Origin: Gemmatimonadota bacterium
Lineage (GTDB): Bacteria; Gemmatimonadota; Gemmatimonadetes; Gemmatimonadales; Gemmatimonadaceae
Assembly (NCBI GenBank): GCA_028876725.1
Contig: JAGWRB010000044.1
Span: 1 to 62,099 of the forward strand
DNA: 62,099 bases
Reading direction: 5' to 3'
Under the pieces are notes generated by a model. The model searched no databases, was not told where the DNA came from, and saw nothing but the letters and a program-made list of their open reading frames with translations. Below are positions 10,067 through 24,253 of this stretch, piece by piece. Positions within the stretch are counted from its first letter, which is position 1. Every line of letters starts with the position of its first letter. Both the position numbers and the translations under genes were made by a program.

Positions 10067-10491
10067 GACGCGCCTGGGTCATCGCCGGCGCGGCGATCGT
10101 GCTGGCCGTCGCCGCAGGCGCCCTCTGGTGGAGTCGAGCGCGCGCGGCGCACGCGGCCGGCGCCGCGCCAATCCCCGACGCCACCGCGCCGGCGGACACG
10201 CGGATCCGGGTCGAGGTACTCAACGCGACGCGAATTCGCGGGCTGGCGCGCGAGGGAACCTTTCTCCTGCGCGATCGCGGATTCGACGTCGTGGCCATCG
10301 GCACCAGCGCGCAACAGAGCGACAGCACGGTGGTGCTGGATCGCTCGAATCATCCCGAGTGGGCGCGGCGCGTGGCCGACGCGCTGGGTGGCGCGCGCGT
10401 GGAAGCGCGCCCGGACTCAACGCTTTACGTCGACGTCACCGTGCTGCTGGGTCGCGCGTGGCGTCCGCCGCCCCAGCCGCTCCACCCGTAG
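10063..10491 (+). CDS. LytR_C-domain membrane-anchored protein
   Basis: ATG 10063 (ATGA overlap). N-terminal TM helix WVIAGAAIVLAVAAGALWW, then RIRVEVLNATRIRGLA...DVTVLLG, typical of the LytR C-terminal domain. Confidence 0.6.
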   Translation: MRRAWVIAGAAIVLAVAAGALWWSRARAAHAAGAAPIPDATAPADTRIRVEVLNATRIRGLAREGTFLLRDRGFDVVAIGTSAQQSDSTVVLDRSNHPEWARRVADALGGARVEARPDSTLYVDVTVLLGRAWRPPPQPLHP

Positions 10492-11502
10492 CTGGCCGCA
10501 CGCCGCGGCGATGTCCACGCCGCGGCTCTTGCGCACGGCGACCTCCACGTTCTGCGCCCGCAGTTCACGGGCGAACGCCGCGATGCGGTGGCCCGGCGTG
10601 GGGGTGAATCCGCGGGCGCCCCCGGGATGCAGCGGGATGAGGTTCACGAAGGCCCGGCACTCGCGCGCCAGGGCGGCGAGGTTGAGCGCGTGCTCCTCGC
10701 CGTCGTTCACGCCGCCCAGCATGACATACTCGAACGTCACCCGCCGATCGAACACCTTGGCCGCTTCAATCACCTGCGCCAGCGGATACTTGGTGTTGAT
10801 CGGCATCAGCTCCTGCCGCAGCGAGTCGCTCGGCGCGTGAATCGAGATCGCCAGCCGGAACTGCTCGGGACGCTTGCCCAGGGCCACGATGCCCGGCAGC
10901 ACGCCCACCGTGGACACGGTGATGTGCCGCGCGCCGATCCCGAGGCCGTTGGGATCGTTGAGGATGGTGAGGGCCGGATCCACGGCCTTCCAGTTCATGA
11001 GCGGCTCGCCCATGCCCATGAACACCACGTTGGTGACCGGGATCGGGGGATCGAGCAGGCGCATCTCGCGCACCTGCCCGGCGATCTCGTGCACCGCCAG
11101 GTTGCGCGAGAACCCCATGGCCCCGGTGGCGCAGAACGCGCACTGCAGCGCGCACCCGGCCTGCGACGAAATGCAGAGCGTGACGCGGTTCCCCTCGGGA
11201 ATCGCCACCGTTTCGATCGCCTCCCCGTCGGCCAGCCGGAAGAGAAACTTCTCGGTGCCGTCGGCCGACTTCTCGCGCGCCACCACGGTGAGCCGGGGGA
11301 GGGTGAATCGCGCCTCGAGGCGCTCGCGCAGCGCGACCGGCAGATCCGTCATGCCCGCGAATTCGCGCGCCGGCGCGACCCACAAATGGCGGACGACCTG
11401 GCGCGCGCGGTAGACGGGAAGTCCTTCATCGCGCATGAACGCGGTCAGGCGTTCCAGCGCCTGGGCGGGGGTGAGATCGAGGAGATTCTCGCGGTCGTTC
11501 AC
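10417..11502 (-). CDS. rlmN: 23S rRNA/tRNA adenine-C2 methyltransferase RlmN (radical SAM)
   Basis: 361 aa with CALQCAFCATG, MGMGEPLMN and DIAAACGQL. Confidence 0.9.
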   Translation of the reverse strand: MNDRENLLDLTPAQALERLTAFMRDEGLPVYRARQVVRHLWVAPAREFAGMTDLPVALRERLEARFTLPRLTVVAREKSADGTEKFLFRLADGEAIETVAIPEGNRVTLCISSQAGCALQCAFCATGAMGFSRNLAVHEIAGQVREMRLLDPPIPVTNVVFMGMGEPLMNWKAVDPALTILNDPNGLGIGARHITVSTVGVLPGIVALGKRPEQFRLAISIHAPSDSLRQELMPINTKYPLAQVIEAAKVFDRRVTFEYVMLGGVNDGEEHALNLAALARECRAFVNLIPLHPGGARGFTPTPGHRIAAFARELRAQNVEVAVRKSRGVDIAAACGQLRVERLGRRTPRATQQHGDVDVKR

Positions 11503-12392
11503 GGAAACACCGAGGTGAGCATGAATTGATAGGTGGCGCCAAGCCCCGCGCCCTCTTCCTCGCGCGAGATGCCCACCGCGTAGCGCCCGTAATGCAAATC
11601 GACGCCCAGACGCAGGTGATCGGACGTCGTGCCGAACTCATGCGTCTGCGCGAGGCCGCCGCGCGCTTCGACGCCTGCGTACCGCACGGCGCCGAACAGA
11701 TACGTCTCGCTCCCCCGCGAGTCGGTCACCGATCCCGCGACGCCGACGCGCACGTCCAGCGGGGCCGAGGTGTGGTACACCGGGAGATCGGCGGCGCCGA
11801 GCAGGGTGGGCCGCTCGCGCGCGCGGGAGGGGCCAAACAAGAACGTGGAGGCCGCGAGGCGCAACGGCGTTCCCAGCACCCGGTCGGCGACCACGCCGCC
11901 GTCCACCGACAGCGACGTGCGCTGGATGTAGTCCGCGGTGCCGGTGCGGATGCGCGTCGCGACGCCGGCGGTCAGATGCGCGAAGTGCCGCGAGACGCCG
12001 AGCGAGAAGATGCTGGTGCCATACGGAATCTCCGCTCCCACGCTCTGCGGATCGGTCTGCGTGCGGACGAGATCGGTGACGGTCGCGCGCGCGAGCGAGG
12101 CCGTGACCACGGTGGCCGGCGCAAGGCCGACGGAAACCGCCGCCACCTGCGCCGACACGCCCTGCTCGATCGGGGAGTTCAGGGCCCCGATGCCGAGCTG
12201 CACCCGTTCCGCCGACGGGACGGCGACGGCGGCGGGATTCCAGAGTCCGCTCGAGAGCTCGGTTGCGAGCGCGGCGGGCTCGGCGATGGTGCCGATGGGA
12301 AAGTCGAGGAGATCTCGCGCCGGAACCTGCTGGGCGATCGATGGCGTTGCCGCGGCGCTGCAGACGGCCGCGGCAAAGAGCAAGCGGCGCAT
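11499..12392 (-). CDS. exported protein, putative outer-membrane beta-barrel
   Basis: Signal peptide MRRLLFAAAVCSAAATPSIAQQ. Alternating beta-strand-like pattern with a C-terminal aromatic residue (..MLTSVFP). Overlaps the rlmN start by 4 nt. Confidence 0.5.
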   Translation of the reverse strand: MRRLLFAAAVCSAAATPSIAQQVPARDLLDFPIGTIAEPAALATELSSGLWNPAAVAVPSAERVQLGIGALNSPIEQGVSAQVAAVSVGLAPATVVTASLARATVTDLVRTQTDPQSVGAEIPYGTSIFSLGVSRHFAHLTAGVATRIRTGTADYIQRTSLSVDGGVVADRVLGTPLRLAASTFLFGPSRARERPTLLGAADLPVYHTSAPLDVRVGVAGSVTDSRGSETYLFGAVRYAGVEARGGLAQTHEFGTTSDHLRLGVDLHYGRYAVGISREEEGAGLGATYQFMLTSVFP

Positions 12393-12620
12393 ACAGTTAA
12401 GCTAGCCGGGCCGTCGATCGAGAGTCAAGCGTCCAACTACCGTAAGTCGCGCTCCGGCATTATGATACAGGGTTCGATGAGTCGCTTTCCGGCTTCCCCG
12501 ACATTTCGCCGACCCGGCCCAACATCGCCCGGGTCGGTTTGCGCGTTCGGTATCGCCTGCGCCGGGCGCGCCAGCGCGCCGGCCTCCCGGGGGTGTCCCC
12601 GGGCTGCAGGACCGCGCTGA

Positions 12621-14425
<1,805 letters not shown>

Positions 14426-14429
<4 letters not shown>

Positions 14430-15409
14430 CCGATCCGGGCGCGGCCACGCGCCGCATCTCCACCGAGGGCGCCGACCTGCTCACGCTGGCCGGCGTCAAC
14501 GACGCGAATCTCGTCGAGCTCGCGCGGCTGTTTGGCGTGCGGGTGGCGCTCCGCGGTGACGCGCTCACCATCTCGGGGCCGGAAGAGCTGGCCACGCGAG
14601 CGGCCGCGGTGGGGCAGCGGATGGTGGACGTCGCGCGGCAGCAGCTGACCCTGTCGGCCGACGACGTGCTCCGGCTCAGCGAGTTGCGCCCCGAAGAGAC
14701 GGGCGATGGCGCCGAAGCCGCCGAGGGCGGCGCGGCGCCTGGCGCTCCGCACATCGCGTTGCCGGGCGTGCGGCGGATCGTGCAGGCCAAGACGCCGGGC
14801 CAGGCTGAGTACCTGCGCAAGATCGCCGAGCAGGACATCGTGGTGGGCATCGGGCCCGCGGGCACGGGCAAGACGTATCTCGCCGTGGCCGCCGCCGTCG
14901 ACGCGCTGATTCGGAAACGCGTGCGGCGCATCGTGCTGGCGCGGCCGGCGGTGGAGGCCGGCGAGTCGCTGGGGTTCCTGCCGGGCGATATGCAGGCCAA
15001 GGTCGATCCGTATTTGCGCCCGCTGTACGACGCGCTCGACGAGATGATGCCGTTCGAACGCGTGCAGAAGGCGCTCGAGACGCGGATCATCGAGATCGCG
15101 CCGCTCGCGTTCATGCGGGGGCGCACGCTGGCCGACGCGTTCGTGATTCTCGACGAAGCGCAGAACGCAACGTCGATGCAGATGAAGATGTTCCTCACCC
15201 GCCTGGGCGTGAATTCCAAGGTGGTGATCACCGGCGACAAGACGCAGGTGGATCTGCCGAAGCGCGAGGAATCCGGGCTGCTGCAGGTGGAACGCATCCT
15301 GACGGGGATCGAGGGCATCGGCTTCCAGTATTTCGACGAGAGCGACGTGGTGCGCCACCGGCTCGTGCGGCAGATCATCCGCGCCTACGCCGCGGACGCG
15401 GGGACGTGA
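14426..15409 (+). CDS. phoH: PhoH-like ATPase
   Basis: P-loop GPAGTGKTYLAV, plus ILDEAQN and VITGDKTQVDLP. GTGA overlap with aspS. Confidence 0.85.
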
Positions 15410-15416
15410 GGCCCCG

Positions 15417-17615
15417 GTGACCGTTCCCGACCGACCAGGCCGCGTGAGCGGCGAGGGCGCGGGCCAACGGTCCGCGCCGCGCCGCCACCGCCCGCGTCTC
15501 GCGCTGGCGGCGGCGCTCACGCTGCTCACGTACGCGCTGTTCCCGGCGGTGCCCGCCGCCAACGTGCCGGTGTACGACACCGGCGCCGTGGCCGGCGAGA
15601 ATGTGATCGCGCCGTTCGCGTTCCGCGTGCTCAAGAGCGACGCCGAGCTCTCGCGCGAGCGCGAGGCGATGGCGCGCACCGTGGAGCCGGTCTACGTCGC
15701 GGTGCCGGCGGCCCTCGACAGCACGCGGCGCGCCATCGCCGGATTCGGGGCGGCGCTCGACGCGGCCTACGGGTCGTCGCGCGGCGACACCCTGCCGGTG
15801 CAGCGGGCGGCGCTCGCGTTTCAGGTGCTGCTGTCCGGTGCCGACGTTCGGTATCTGGCCGACGCCGGAGGCCGGGCGCGTCTCCTCGAAGCGATCACCG
15901 AAGCCTATCGCCGGTGGGGATCGGCCGGCGTGGCCGCGCGCGGCGCGCTGGACGGCGTGAGCGGAGAGATCACGCTCCGGCGCGGCGACCATGAGGAAAG
16001 CATGCCGGCCGACAGCGTGCGCACCTATCCCGAATTCGCGGCCCAGGCGCGGATGCTCGAGGCGAGCGCGCGCGCCAACGTCCGTTCCCTGTTCGATCGG
16101 CTGCTCGCGGCCTTCTTCCGCGCCACCGTGGTGCCCGACGGGGCCACGACGGCGGCGCGGCGCGAGCAGTTGCGGGCATCGGTGCCCGTGGCCCGGTTCG
16201 AGGTGCGCGCCGGCGAAAAGATCGTGGGCGCCAACGAGGTCGTGCGGTCGGATCAGCACGACAAGCTTGCGGCCCTCCACGACGCGATGGAGCAGCGGCG
16301 CGGAGCCGTGCCGGGCATCCGGCGCGCCGTTGGGGCGCTCCTCTTCGACGCGCTGCTCATCGTCCTGCTCGGGCTCACCGTGCTCATCTTCCGGCCGCAC
16401 GTGTACGACTCCATGCGCTCGCTGGCGGTGATCGCGGGCGTCACGGCGCTCGTCCTCATCGGCGGCGCGGTCGTGTCGCGCGTGCAGCCCCTGCGCCCCG
16501 AACTCCTTCCAGTGGGCATCGCCGCCATCGTCGTGGCCGCGCTGTTCGACCAGCGCATCGCGATGATCGTGGCGGTGCTGCTGGCGGCCCTGCTCGGCGG
16601 GCAGGCGGTGTTCCGCGGCACCAACGCGCTGTACGTGAACGTGATCGGCGGCGCCGCGGCGGCCTACAGCGTGCGCGCCGTGCGAAGCCGCCAGCAGACG
16701 TACACCTGGATCCTCGCGATCGCCGTCGCGTACCTCGCGGCCGCCGCGGCCGTGGGACTCACGCTCGATCTGCCGACGGGCGCGATCCTTCGTTCCGCGG
16801 GCTACGGCACGATCAACGCCGTCGCAAGCGTGCTCATCGCGCTCCTCGTGCTGCCGCTCGCCGAGCGGTACACGGGCGTGGAAACGGATCTCACGCTGCT
16901 CGAATGGTCGGACCTGAACCGGCCGCTGATGCAGCGGCTGAGTCTCGAAGCGCCGGGAACGTTTGCGCACTCGATGCAGATCGCCAATCTGGCCGAAGCG
17001 GGATCCCGCGTGGTGGGCGCCAACGCGCTGCTCGCGCGCGTCGGCGCGTATTATCATGATATTGGAAAGCTGGCCAATCCGACGTTCTTCGTGGAAAACC
17101 AGGCCAAGGGCGCGAATCCGCATGACGGGCTCACGCCGCTGCAAAGCGCCCAGATCATTCGCAACCACGTGCGCGAAGGGCTGCAACTCGCCGAAGCGGC
17201 CGGTGTCCCGCGCGTGCTGCGGACATTCATCGCGGAGCACCACGGCACGGGCACCATCACGTATTTCCTGGAGCGGGCGAGGGCGGGCGATCGCCGGATG
17301 CCGGAGCTGGGCGACTACCGGTACCCCGGACCGATTCCGCAGACGGCGGAAACGGCGATCGTGATGCTGGCCGACGGCACCGAGGCGTCGGTGCGCGTGC
17401 TCAGCGACCCCACGCCCGATCGCATTCGCGAGGTCGTGGAGCACATCGTGAAGCTGCGACTCGATCAGGGACAGCTCCGCGACGCGCCGCTCACCTTGCG
17501 GCAGCTCGAGCTCGTGAAGGAAGAGTTCACCCGCGTGCTGTCGGGGATGCATCACGCACGCATCGAATATCCGGCGTCGGGCGGGGGCGTGTCGGCGGGG
17601 TTCGCGGCGCCGTGA
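15417..17615 (+). CDS. 7TM-HD membrane phosphohydrolase (PgpH/YqfF type)
   Basis: 732 aa. A large extracytoplasmic N-domain is followed by a block of TM helices and an HD domain (GAYYHDIGK, FIAEHHGT). Confidence 0.8.
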   Translation: MTVPDRPGRVSGEGAGQRSAPRRHRPRLALAAALTLLTYALFPAVPAANVPVYDTGAVAGENVIAPFAFRVLKSDAELSREREAMARTVEPVYVAVPAALDSTRRAIAGFGAALDAAYGSSRGDTLPVQRAALAFQVLLSGADVRYLADAGGRARLLEAITEAYRRWGSAGVAARGALDGVSGEITLRRGDHEESMPADSVRTYPEFAAQARMLEASARANVRSLFDRLLAAFFRATVVPDGATTAARREQLRASVPVARFEVRAGEKIVGANEVVRSDQHDKLAALHDAMEQRRGAVPGIRRAVGALLFDALLIVLLGLTVLIFRPHVYDSMRSLAVIAGVTALVLIGGAVVSRVQPLRPELLPVGIAAIVVAALFDQRIAMIVAVLLAALLGGQAVFRGTNALYVNVIGGAAAAYSVRAVRSRQQTYTWILAIAVAYLAAAAAVGLTLDLPTGAILRSAGYGTINAVASVLIALLVLPLAERYTGVETDLTLLEWSDLNRPLMQRLSLEAPGTFAHSMQIANLAEAGSRVVGANALLARVGAYYHDIGKLANPTFFVENQAKGANPHDGLTPLQSAQIIRNHVREGLQLAEAAGVPRVLRTFIAEHHGTGTITYFLERARAGDRRMPELGDYRYPGPIPQTAETAIVMLADGTEASVRVLSDPTPDRIREVVEHIVKLRLDQGQLRDAPLTLRQLELVKEEFTRVLSGMHHARIEYPASGGGVSAGFAAP

Positions 17616-18061
17616 GCCTCACCGTTCATGTCGCCGCGCCGCAGGGACGCCTGGCCGCGCCGCGGGCGCTCCTGGTGCGCGCCGCGCAAACGGTGCTCCG
17701 GGCCGAGGGCATCCGGTCCGCGGAACTGTCGGTCACGTTTCTCGGCGATCGCGCCATCGCCGCGATGAACCGGCGCCACCTCGGGCACCGCGGAGCCACC
17801 GACGTCATCTCGTTCGGCCTGAGCCGCCCCACGCCCGACGCGCCCGTGATGGGCGACGTCTATGTCGGCGTCGACGTGGCCCGGCGGGCGGCGCGCGAAC
17901 GGCGGATCACACTCCGCGAGGAACTCGTGCGTCTCGTCGTCCACGGCACCCTCCACGTGCTGGGTTACGATCATCCTGAAGGGGAGTCGCGTCTGGAATC
18001 CGAGATGTGGGCGCGCCAGGAGCGCCTGGTGGCGCGCGTGCTGCGGAGCGCCCGCTCGTGA
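17612..18061 (+). CDS. ybeY: rRNA maturation endoribonuclease YbeY
   Basis: 149 aa with the zinc motif HGTLHVLGYDH. GTGA overlap with the upstream gene. Confidence 0.9.
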   Translation: MSLTVHVAAPQGRLAAPRALLVRAAQTVLRAEGIRSAELSVTFLGDRAIAAMNRRHLGHRGATDVISFGLSRPTPDAPVMGDVYVGVDVARRAARERRITLREELVRLVVHGTLHVLGYDHPEGESRLESEMWARQERLVARVLRSARS

Positions 18062-19278
18062 CCTACCTGGCGTGGACGAGCGCCCTCGTGGGAGGCGTGC
18101 TCGCCGTGGTCACCGGGGCCGCCGCCGGCGCGCTCGCGTCGCCGGATGGCCGGCGAGAGCCGGGCGCGATGGAAGCGCATCGCGCGCTGGGTATCGTGCG
18201 CGTGGCCGCCTACCTGGCGCTCGGCGCCGGTCTCGCGCGCGGCATGGCGCGCGCGGTGTCCGCTCCCGGCATCGTGCAGGCGGCGGCGGTGGCCGTCCTG
18301 ATCGCGGCCGTGCTCGTGCTCGACGCCGCGGCGCGCGAACGCGCTTCGGCCCGCGGGGGAGAACCTTCGGCGCGCACGCGCGGGTTCGCCCGCGGCGCCT
18401 CGGTGCTGCTGCGCCCCCTCGTCACCCTGGGCACCACCATCGAGCGGGCGCTCTACCGCGTGCTCCCGCCGCGGACGGACCTGGACGCGGAGCGTGAGGC
18501 AACCGCGGACGAACTGCGGGCCGTGCTCGCGCCCCGCCACGAGGCCGCCGCCAGCGAGGCCACGCAGCTCCACCGCGCGTTCGCGCTCGCCACGACGCGC
18601 GTGGACGAGATCATGATGCCCCGTGTCGACATCATCGGCGTCGAGGTGGAGACGCCCTGGTCCGAGGTGCTCGATCGCGTACGCAGCTCCGAACACGCGC
18701 GGCTTCCCGTCTATCGGGAGACGCTGGACGATGTGGTGGGAATTCTGTACGCCAAGGACATGCTGGCGTGGTCGGTGCAGGGCGACGAGCCGCCGGGCGG
18801 CTGGGTGACGCTCGTGCGCCCGGCACTCTTCATTCCGGCATCGAAGACCATCGACCGGCAGCTGCGCGAATTCCGGAAGAGCGGTTCCCACATGGCCATC
18901 GTGGTCGACGAGTTCGGGGGGACGGCCGGGCTGGTGACGATCGAGGACGTGCTCGAAGAGATCGTCGGCGAAATTCGCGATGAGCGTGACGTCGAGCAGC
19001 CCGACGTCGAACGCGAAGGCAACGACCGCTTCTGGGTGTCGGGACGCGTGCCGCTCGGCGATCTGTCCGATCTGCTGGGCACGTCGATGGAGCGCGAGGA
19101 CGTGTCCACCGTGGGCGGTCTGGCCTACGAGGAATTCGGCCGCGTGCCGCGTCCCGGTGACAGCAAGACCATCGGCGAATTTCGCGTGGTGGTGGAGCGC
19201 GTGCGGCGGCGGCGCGTGGAGCGGGTGTACTTCGAGCGGCTGCCGCAGCACTCGGCGGCCGCACAGGAGGCCGAGTGA
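18058..19278 (+). CDS. CNNM/CorC-family protein (DUF21 TM domain, CBS pair, CorC_HlyC domain)
   Basis: GTG 18058 overlaps the ybeY stop. Has a TM N-terminus, a CBS pair ([11 protein letters not shown].., [32 protein letters not shown]) and a C-terminal transporter-associated domain. Confidence 0.75.
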   Translation: MTYLAWTSALVGGVLAVVTGAAAGALASPDGRREPGAMEAHRALGIVRVAAYLALGAGLARGMARAVSAPGIVQAAAVAVLIAAVLVLDAAARERASARGGEPSARTRGFARGASVLLRPLVTLGTTIERALYRVLPPRTDLDAEREATADELRAVLAPRHEAAASEATQLHRAFALATTRVDEIMMPRVDIIGVEVETPWSEVLDRVRSSEHARLPVYRETLDDVVGILYAKDMLAWSVQGDEPPGGWVTLVRPALFIPASKTIDRQLREFRKSGSHMAIVVDEFGGTAGLVTIEDVLEEIVGEIRDERDVEQPDVEREGNDRFWVSGRVPLGDLSDLLGTSMEREDVSTVGGLAYEEFGRVPRPGDSKTIGEFRVVVERVRRRRVERVYFERLPQHSAAAQEAE

Positions 19279-20234
19279 CCGGGGCCGCCACCGTCATCGT
19301 ATGGGCGGCGCTCCTGGTGGCATGGCTCGTGGCCGGTGTCACCGCCGTCCGGCTGGCCAGCCGGATGTGGCTGCGCCAGTGGGCCGAACACGGGCTGCGA
19401 GGCGCGCCTGTGCCGTTGGAGTCGGTGACCGGGCCGCAGCGTCTGATTGCGTCGGGATCCGTGGCGATCGGGTTCGTACTCGCCACGGCGGGGGCGCTCC
19501 TGGCGGCACGAATGTCGGTGCGAGCGCCCGCGCTGGTTGGCGAGCTGGCGATCGGCGCCGCGGTGGTGGTGTTCGTCGCGCAGCTCACGGCGCGCGCACT
19601 GGCGCGCCACTCCACGGCCGCGCTGGCGGCGATCACGCTTCCCGTGCTGCGAACGGCGGCCCTGTTCGCCGCGCCGGCCCTTGCGGTGGCTCGACGCGTC
19701 GGGGGCCGCCCCGCGAGTCCGGGACCCGCCACCGAGCGCCGCGCCGTGGAACGGCTGCTCCGCGAGGGCGAGCTGGAAGGCGTGAGCGACCGCGACGATG
19801 CGCTGATCATCAGCGGCGTGGCCGAGTTCGGCGACAAGGTCGTGGGCAGCGTCATGACGCCGCGCGATCAGGTGTTCGCGATTTCCGACGCGACGCCGGC
19901 GCAGGAGGCCGCGGAGCACGTGGCGCGCTCGGCGTACAGCCGGGTGCCCGTGTTCCATGGGACCCTGGATCACGTGACCGGAATGATCCACGCGTTCGAC
20001 CTGCTGCGGGGCCCCGAGGAGGCGCTGGCCGCCCCGCGCCCGGTCGCCCGCGCCGCGAGCACTGCGCCTTGCAGCGCGCTACTCTTCCAGATGCTCCGAG
20101 ACCATCAGCACCTCGCCATCGTCCATGACCAGACCCATCGCACGCTCGGCATCGTGACGCTCGAAGATCTGCTTGAAGAGCTCGTCGGCGACATCCGCGA
20201 CGAGCATGACGAACCGGCTCCTCCCACCGCATGA
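19275..20234 (+). CDS. second DUF21/CBS-pair membrane protein (no CorC_HlyC domain)
   Basis: 319 aa with a TM N-terminus and a CBS pair (VMTPRDQVFAI.., HLAIVHDQTHRTLGIVTLEDLLEELVGDI). GTGA overlap. Confidence 0.65.
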   Translation: MTGAATVIVWAALLVAWLVAGVTAVRLASRMWLRQWAEHGLRGAPVPLESVTGPQRLIASGSVAIGFVLATAGALLAARMSVRAPALVGELAIGAAVVVFVAQLTARALARHSTAALAAITLPVLRTAALFAAPALAVARRVGGRPASPGPATERRAVERLLREGELEGVSDRDDALIISGVAEFGDKVVGSVMTPRDQVFAISDATPAQEAAEHVARSAYSRVPVFHGTLDHVTGMIHAFDLLRGPEEALAAPRPVARAASTAPCSALLFQMLRDHQHLAIVHDQTHRTLGIVTLEDLLEELVGDIRDEHDEPAPPTA

Positions 20235-21303
20235 CGACGACTGCTTCAGCATACGATCAGCTCATGCGCGACTTCGCCGACGGGAAGCGGGCGGCCCTGG
20301 CGCGCGCGGTGAGCGTGGTCGAGAACCACCGGGCGGGATTCGACCGGCTGCTCGCCACGTGGCAGCCGCGCCTGGGGCGCGCGCGGCGCCTCGGACTCAC
20401 CGGTCCGCCGGGGGCGGGGAAGAGCACGCTCACGGCGTTGCTCGTGAAGGCGTACCGCGACGCGGGTCTGTCGGTGGGGGTCATCGCCGTGGACCCGACG
20501 TCGCCGTTCACGGGGGGCGCGCTGCTGGGCGACCGCATCCGGATGGAATCGGTAGCGCTTGATGAAGGGGTGTTCATCCGGTCGATGGCGACGCGCGGAT
20601 CCCTTGGAGGCCTCGCGGCGACCACGAGCGAGGTGGCCGACGTGCTCGACGCCTTCGGCATGGACCGCATCCTCATCGAGACCGTGGGCGTGGGCCAGAG
20701 CGAGCTGGACATTTCCCGGATCGCCGATTCGAGCGCCGTGGTGCTCGTGCCCGAATCTGGGGATTCGATCCAGACGTTGAAGGCGGGCCTCATGGAGATC
20801 GCCGACCTGTTCGTGGTGAACAAGGCCGACCGTCCCGGCGCCGATCGGCTGCGCAACGAACTCGAGTTGATGCTCGGGCTGCGTGCCGGCAGCGCCCTCC
20901 GCGACGTTCCGGCGCACCACGGCGTGGACCTCTCGCGCAAGAACCCGGCGCGCGTGGCGCGCGAGGCGGCGAAGCAGACCGACGCCGAGCACTGGACGCC
21001 GCCGGTGCTGCGCACGGTGGCCACGAACGCCGAGGGAACCCCTGAGGTCGTCGCGGCGCTTGACCGCCATTTTCATTATCTTGAGCGCAGCGGCGAGCTG
21101 CGGCGGCGTCGCCGTCGGCGCTTGCGCGACCGGGTCATGCACGTGGTCGAAGACCGGGTGCGCGACCGCCTGTGGCGGGACGCCGGCACGAACGCGTGGC
21201 TCGACGACCAGCTCGCGGCGCTCGAGACTGGCGCGTCCAATCCGTTCGCCGTGGCCGACGCGCTGCTCGCGCGCAGTGGAACCCTACTCACGCAGGTAAC
21301 GCC

Positions 21304-21307
<4 letters not shown>
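20231..21307 (+). CDS. meaB: MeaB/ArgK-type G-protein chaperone for B12 acyl-CoA mutases
   Basis: P-loop GPPGAGKST, plus [10 protein letters not shown] and NKAD (VVNKADR). ATGA overlaps on both sides. Confidence 0.8.
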
Positions 21308-22994
<1,687 letters not shown>

Positions 22995-22998
<4 letters not shown>

Positions 22999-23783
22999 GC
23001 GCGCGCCGCACATCCGCCGAGTGGTGGCGCGATTACTTCGACGCCCAGTACCTGCTCGAGTACGAACCGATCTTCACGCACGAGCGCGCGCGGCGCGATG
23101 TCACGCGCGTCCTCGAGCTGCTGGAGCTGCCCGTCGGCGCCCGGGTGCTCGACGTCCCCTGCGGCCAGGGGCGCCACGCGCACCTCCTGGCCGAGGCCGG
23201 GTTTCGCGTGGACGGGCTCGACTACTCCCGCACGTTGCTGGCGCGGGCGCGCGTTCGGGGCACCGGCCCCACGCTGCGCTACCGCCGCGGCGACATGCGC
23301 GCGCTTCCCGCGAACTGGACGGCACGGTTCGACGGCTTGGTGAACCTGTTCACCTCGTTCGGCTTCTTCACAGAGCCGGCCGACGACGCGCAGGTCGTCG
23401 CCGAGTTCGCCCGCGTGCTGAAGCCGGGCGGCACGCTCATCTGGCACGGCGGCAATCGCGACGGGGTCATGGCGCGATTCCTCTCCCGCGACTGGTGGCG
23501 CACGGCCGACGGCACGCTCATCGGCCAGGAGCGCGAGTTCGACCCGCTGTCGGGCGTGCTGACGGTCGTGTCCAACTGGCACGGTCCGCACGGGTCGGGC
23601 GAGCGAGAGCACCGGATCCGGCTGTATACGGCCACGGCGCTCGCCGAGCTGATGGCCCGGCAGGGGCTCATCGTGGAGGCCGCGTACGACGGGTGGCGCG
23701 ACCGCCCGCTCACCCGGCGCTCGGGCGAGATGCTGCTGGTGGCCCGCAAGCACGAGTTGCCCCGGCGGCAACGCGCCCGCTAG
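22995..23783 (+). CDS. class I SAM-dependent methyltransferase (start codon uncertain)
   Basis: Motif I is [29 protein letters not shown], followed by [14 protein letters not shown] and LKPGGTLI. The conserved N-terminus (EWWRDYFD) begins right after the mutase stop. There is no in-frame ATG/GTG/TTG nearby, so the 5' end is placed at CTG 22995 provisionally. Confidence 0.6.
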
Positions 23784-23842
23784 CTTGCCTGCGGGTGCCG
23801 GATCTCCCTGCCGGCACCGATAACCTCTGACCCACGCAGTGC

Positions 23843-24253
23843 ATGCGCCCCATCCGAGTGCTGGTTGCCAAACCCGGTCTGGACGGACATGACCGCGGCG
23901 CCAAAGTCGTGGCCGCGGCTCTCCGGGACGCGGGCATGGAAGTCATCTACACCGGCTTGCATCAGACGCCGGAAATGATCGCCAACGCCGCGATTCAGGA
24001 AGACGTGGACGTGGTCGGCCTCTCCATTCTGAGCGGCGCGCACATGACGCTCTTCCCCAAGGTGGTGGAGTTGCTCCGCGCCCAGGGGCGCGACGACATC
24101 CTGGTCACCGGCGGCGGGATCATCCCCAAGGAAGACATGGACGCGCTTCGCGCCCAGGGGGTGGGCGAGCTGTTCGGCCCCGGCACTCCCACGTCCGACC
24201 TGGTGGACTACATCCGGACGTGGTTCCAAGAGCGGTCGCGGCAGGAAGCGTGA
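23843..24253 (+). CDS. acyl-CoA mutase small subunit (B12-binding domain)
   Basis: 136 aa, [24 protein letters not shown] (DxHxxG cobalamin motif), with [11 protein letters not shown]. Confidence 0.85.
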   Translation: MRPIRVLVAKPGLDGHDRGAKVVAAALRDAGMEVIYTGLHQTPEMIANAAIQEDVDVVGLSILSGAHMTLFPKVVELLRAQGRDDILVTGGGIIPKEDMDALRAQGVGELFGPGTPTSDLVDYIRTWFQERSRQEA

